DNA of 64,000 nucleotides from Albugo candida (Eukaryota): NCBI GenBank assembly GCA_040437565.1, contig JBDOQK010000043.1, positions 62,001 to 126,000 of the forward strand, read 5' to 3'. Shown piece by piece: positions 63,014 to 64,000 of this stretch (position 1 is its first letter; each line of letters starts with the position of its first letter). The notes under the pieces were generated by a model. It saw only the letters and a program-made list of their open reading frames with translations, ran no database searches and was not told where the DNA came from. The position numbers and the translations under genes were made by a program.

Positions 63014-64000
63014 CGGGTTGAATTCGCTAACTGTGAAAGGATTTATACAGCACTATCTGATATAGGGTTTGATCTATAGAACCATTTGCACGTTGCGATT
63101 AGCACAGAAATATAATTCAATTGGTTACAACATGTTTCTTTTTTTTCCAAGAAAGTTTAATCCTCCAATCAATTGCACGTCGCGAAGCTCACATTTTTCG
63201 AAGAAAATCTCTGTCTCAGCATGAACATCGGGTCACTCAAGTGCGTCGTCGCTCAAATACGCGTCACGGTGCTTGAATGACCCATTGTCAAATTAGTCGA
63301 TCAATGGATGTCGAATTTGCGCAAATCGTAGCATTTGGTCCAAACTTCGGATCACTTGACTCAACAAAATGTCTCGGAATATCATTGTCCGATCAAGATG
63401 CCGTGTCTTCAGATTCGCGACATGAGCGCAGCCAATTTGAGTCGCATTTAGCAGAATCTCACACAATGTCTTCTACTTTCACATCACGTTTACCCGCAGC
63501 ATTAAAGACGGATATCGCAGAGTCTCTATCTAGCGCAAATATGACGTGATGGAAATGGAATGGACATTTTTTTAATGTAACGTGGTCCAAAGCTTCGAGT
63601 GTGTGGCATCAAAGCTGAAGGAAGTTGAACGGTAATCCGTTTGTAAGATTGGCTAAATTGCGACGCGTCCACTTCTCTGAGCTGTGCGTGCTGATCAAAT
63701 CATCAAGACTTTGCCAATTCGCAGAAAACTATTTTTACGAGGATAGATAGTGCGCACTCATTGGGGATCAGCGAATACGTTGATTTCATATAGATAACAA
63801 TCTGACGAGTACAATACCGATCGATGTCAATGTCATTTGTTCGCAATTGCGGATTTGACCTATTGAGCTTCTGAAGTGACTCGATGCTACCATATCATGT
63901 CGCGGCTGGAAATGGATACAAAGAAGCTTTGTTTTACGGTGATCAATCGGATCCATTCAGATCGAACCGATGAGCATTTTATCTCCAAGCACCTCCATGT

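Overview
Eukaryotic, repeat-rich, gene-sparse scaffold segment with many 100-N gaps. Element types and protein motifs suggest an oomycete, plausibly Albugo; this is inference from pattern recognition, not a search result. The main content is a co-oriented (minus strand) cluster of a Cys-rich, probably secreted protein family: two intact single-ORF genes (1636-3096, 13368-14840) and four decayed copies (~6.1, 27.5-29.0, 30.5-34.0 and 61.6-63.0 kb). The proteins appear to be built from about three tandem two-module units and carry an N-terminal xHxCY...G motif reminiscent of Albugo CHxC/CCG effectors. A separate small candidate secreted protein lies at 53.7-54.2 kb and an RRP42-like pseudogene fragment at 55.2-55.6 kb. 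The rest is a nested transposon landscape: Mutator, Tc1, a second DDE transposon, L1/Tx1-like LINE copies with no poly(A) tail and a shared AAT^CTGA target, a tRNA-derived SINE (3 copies), TIR/foldback non-autonomous elements, Copia and Gypsy remnants and solo LTRs. Several exact duplications flank gaps and are probably assembly artefacts. All alignments and frameshifted translations were done by eye.
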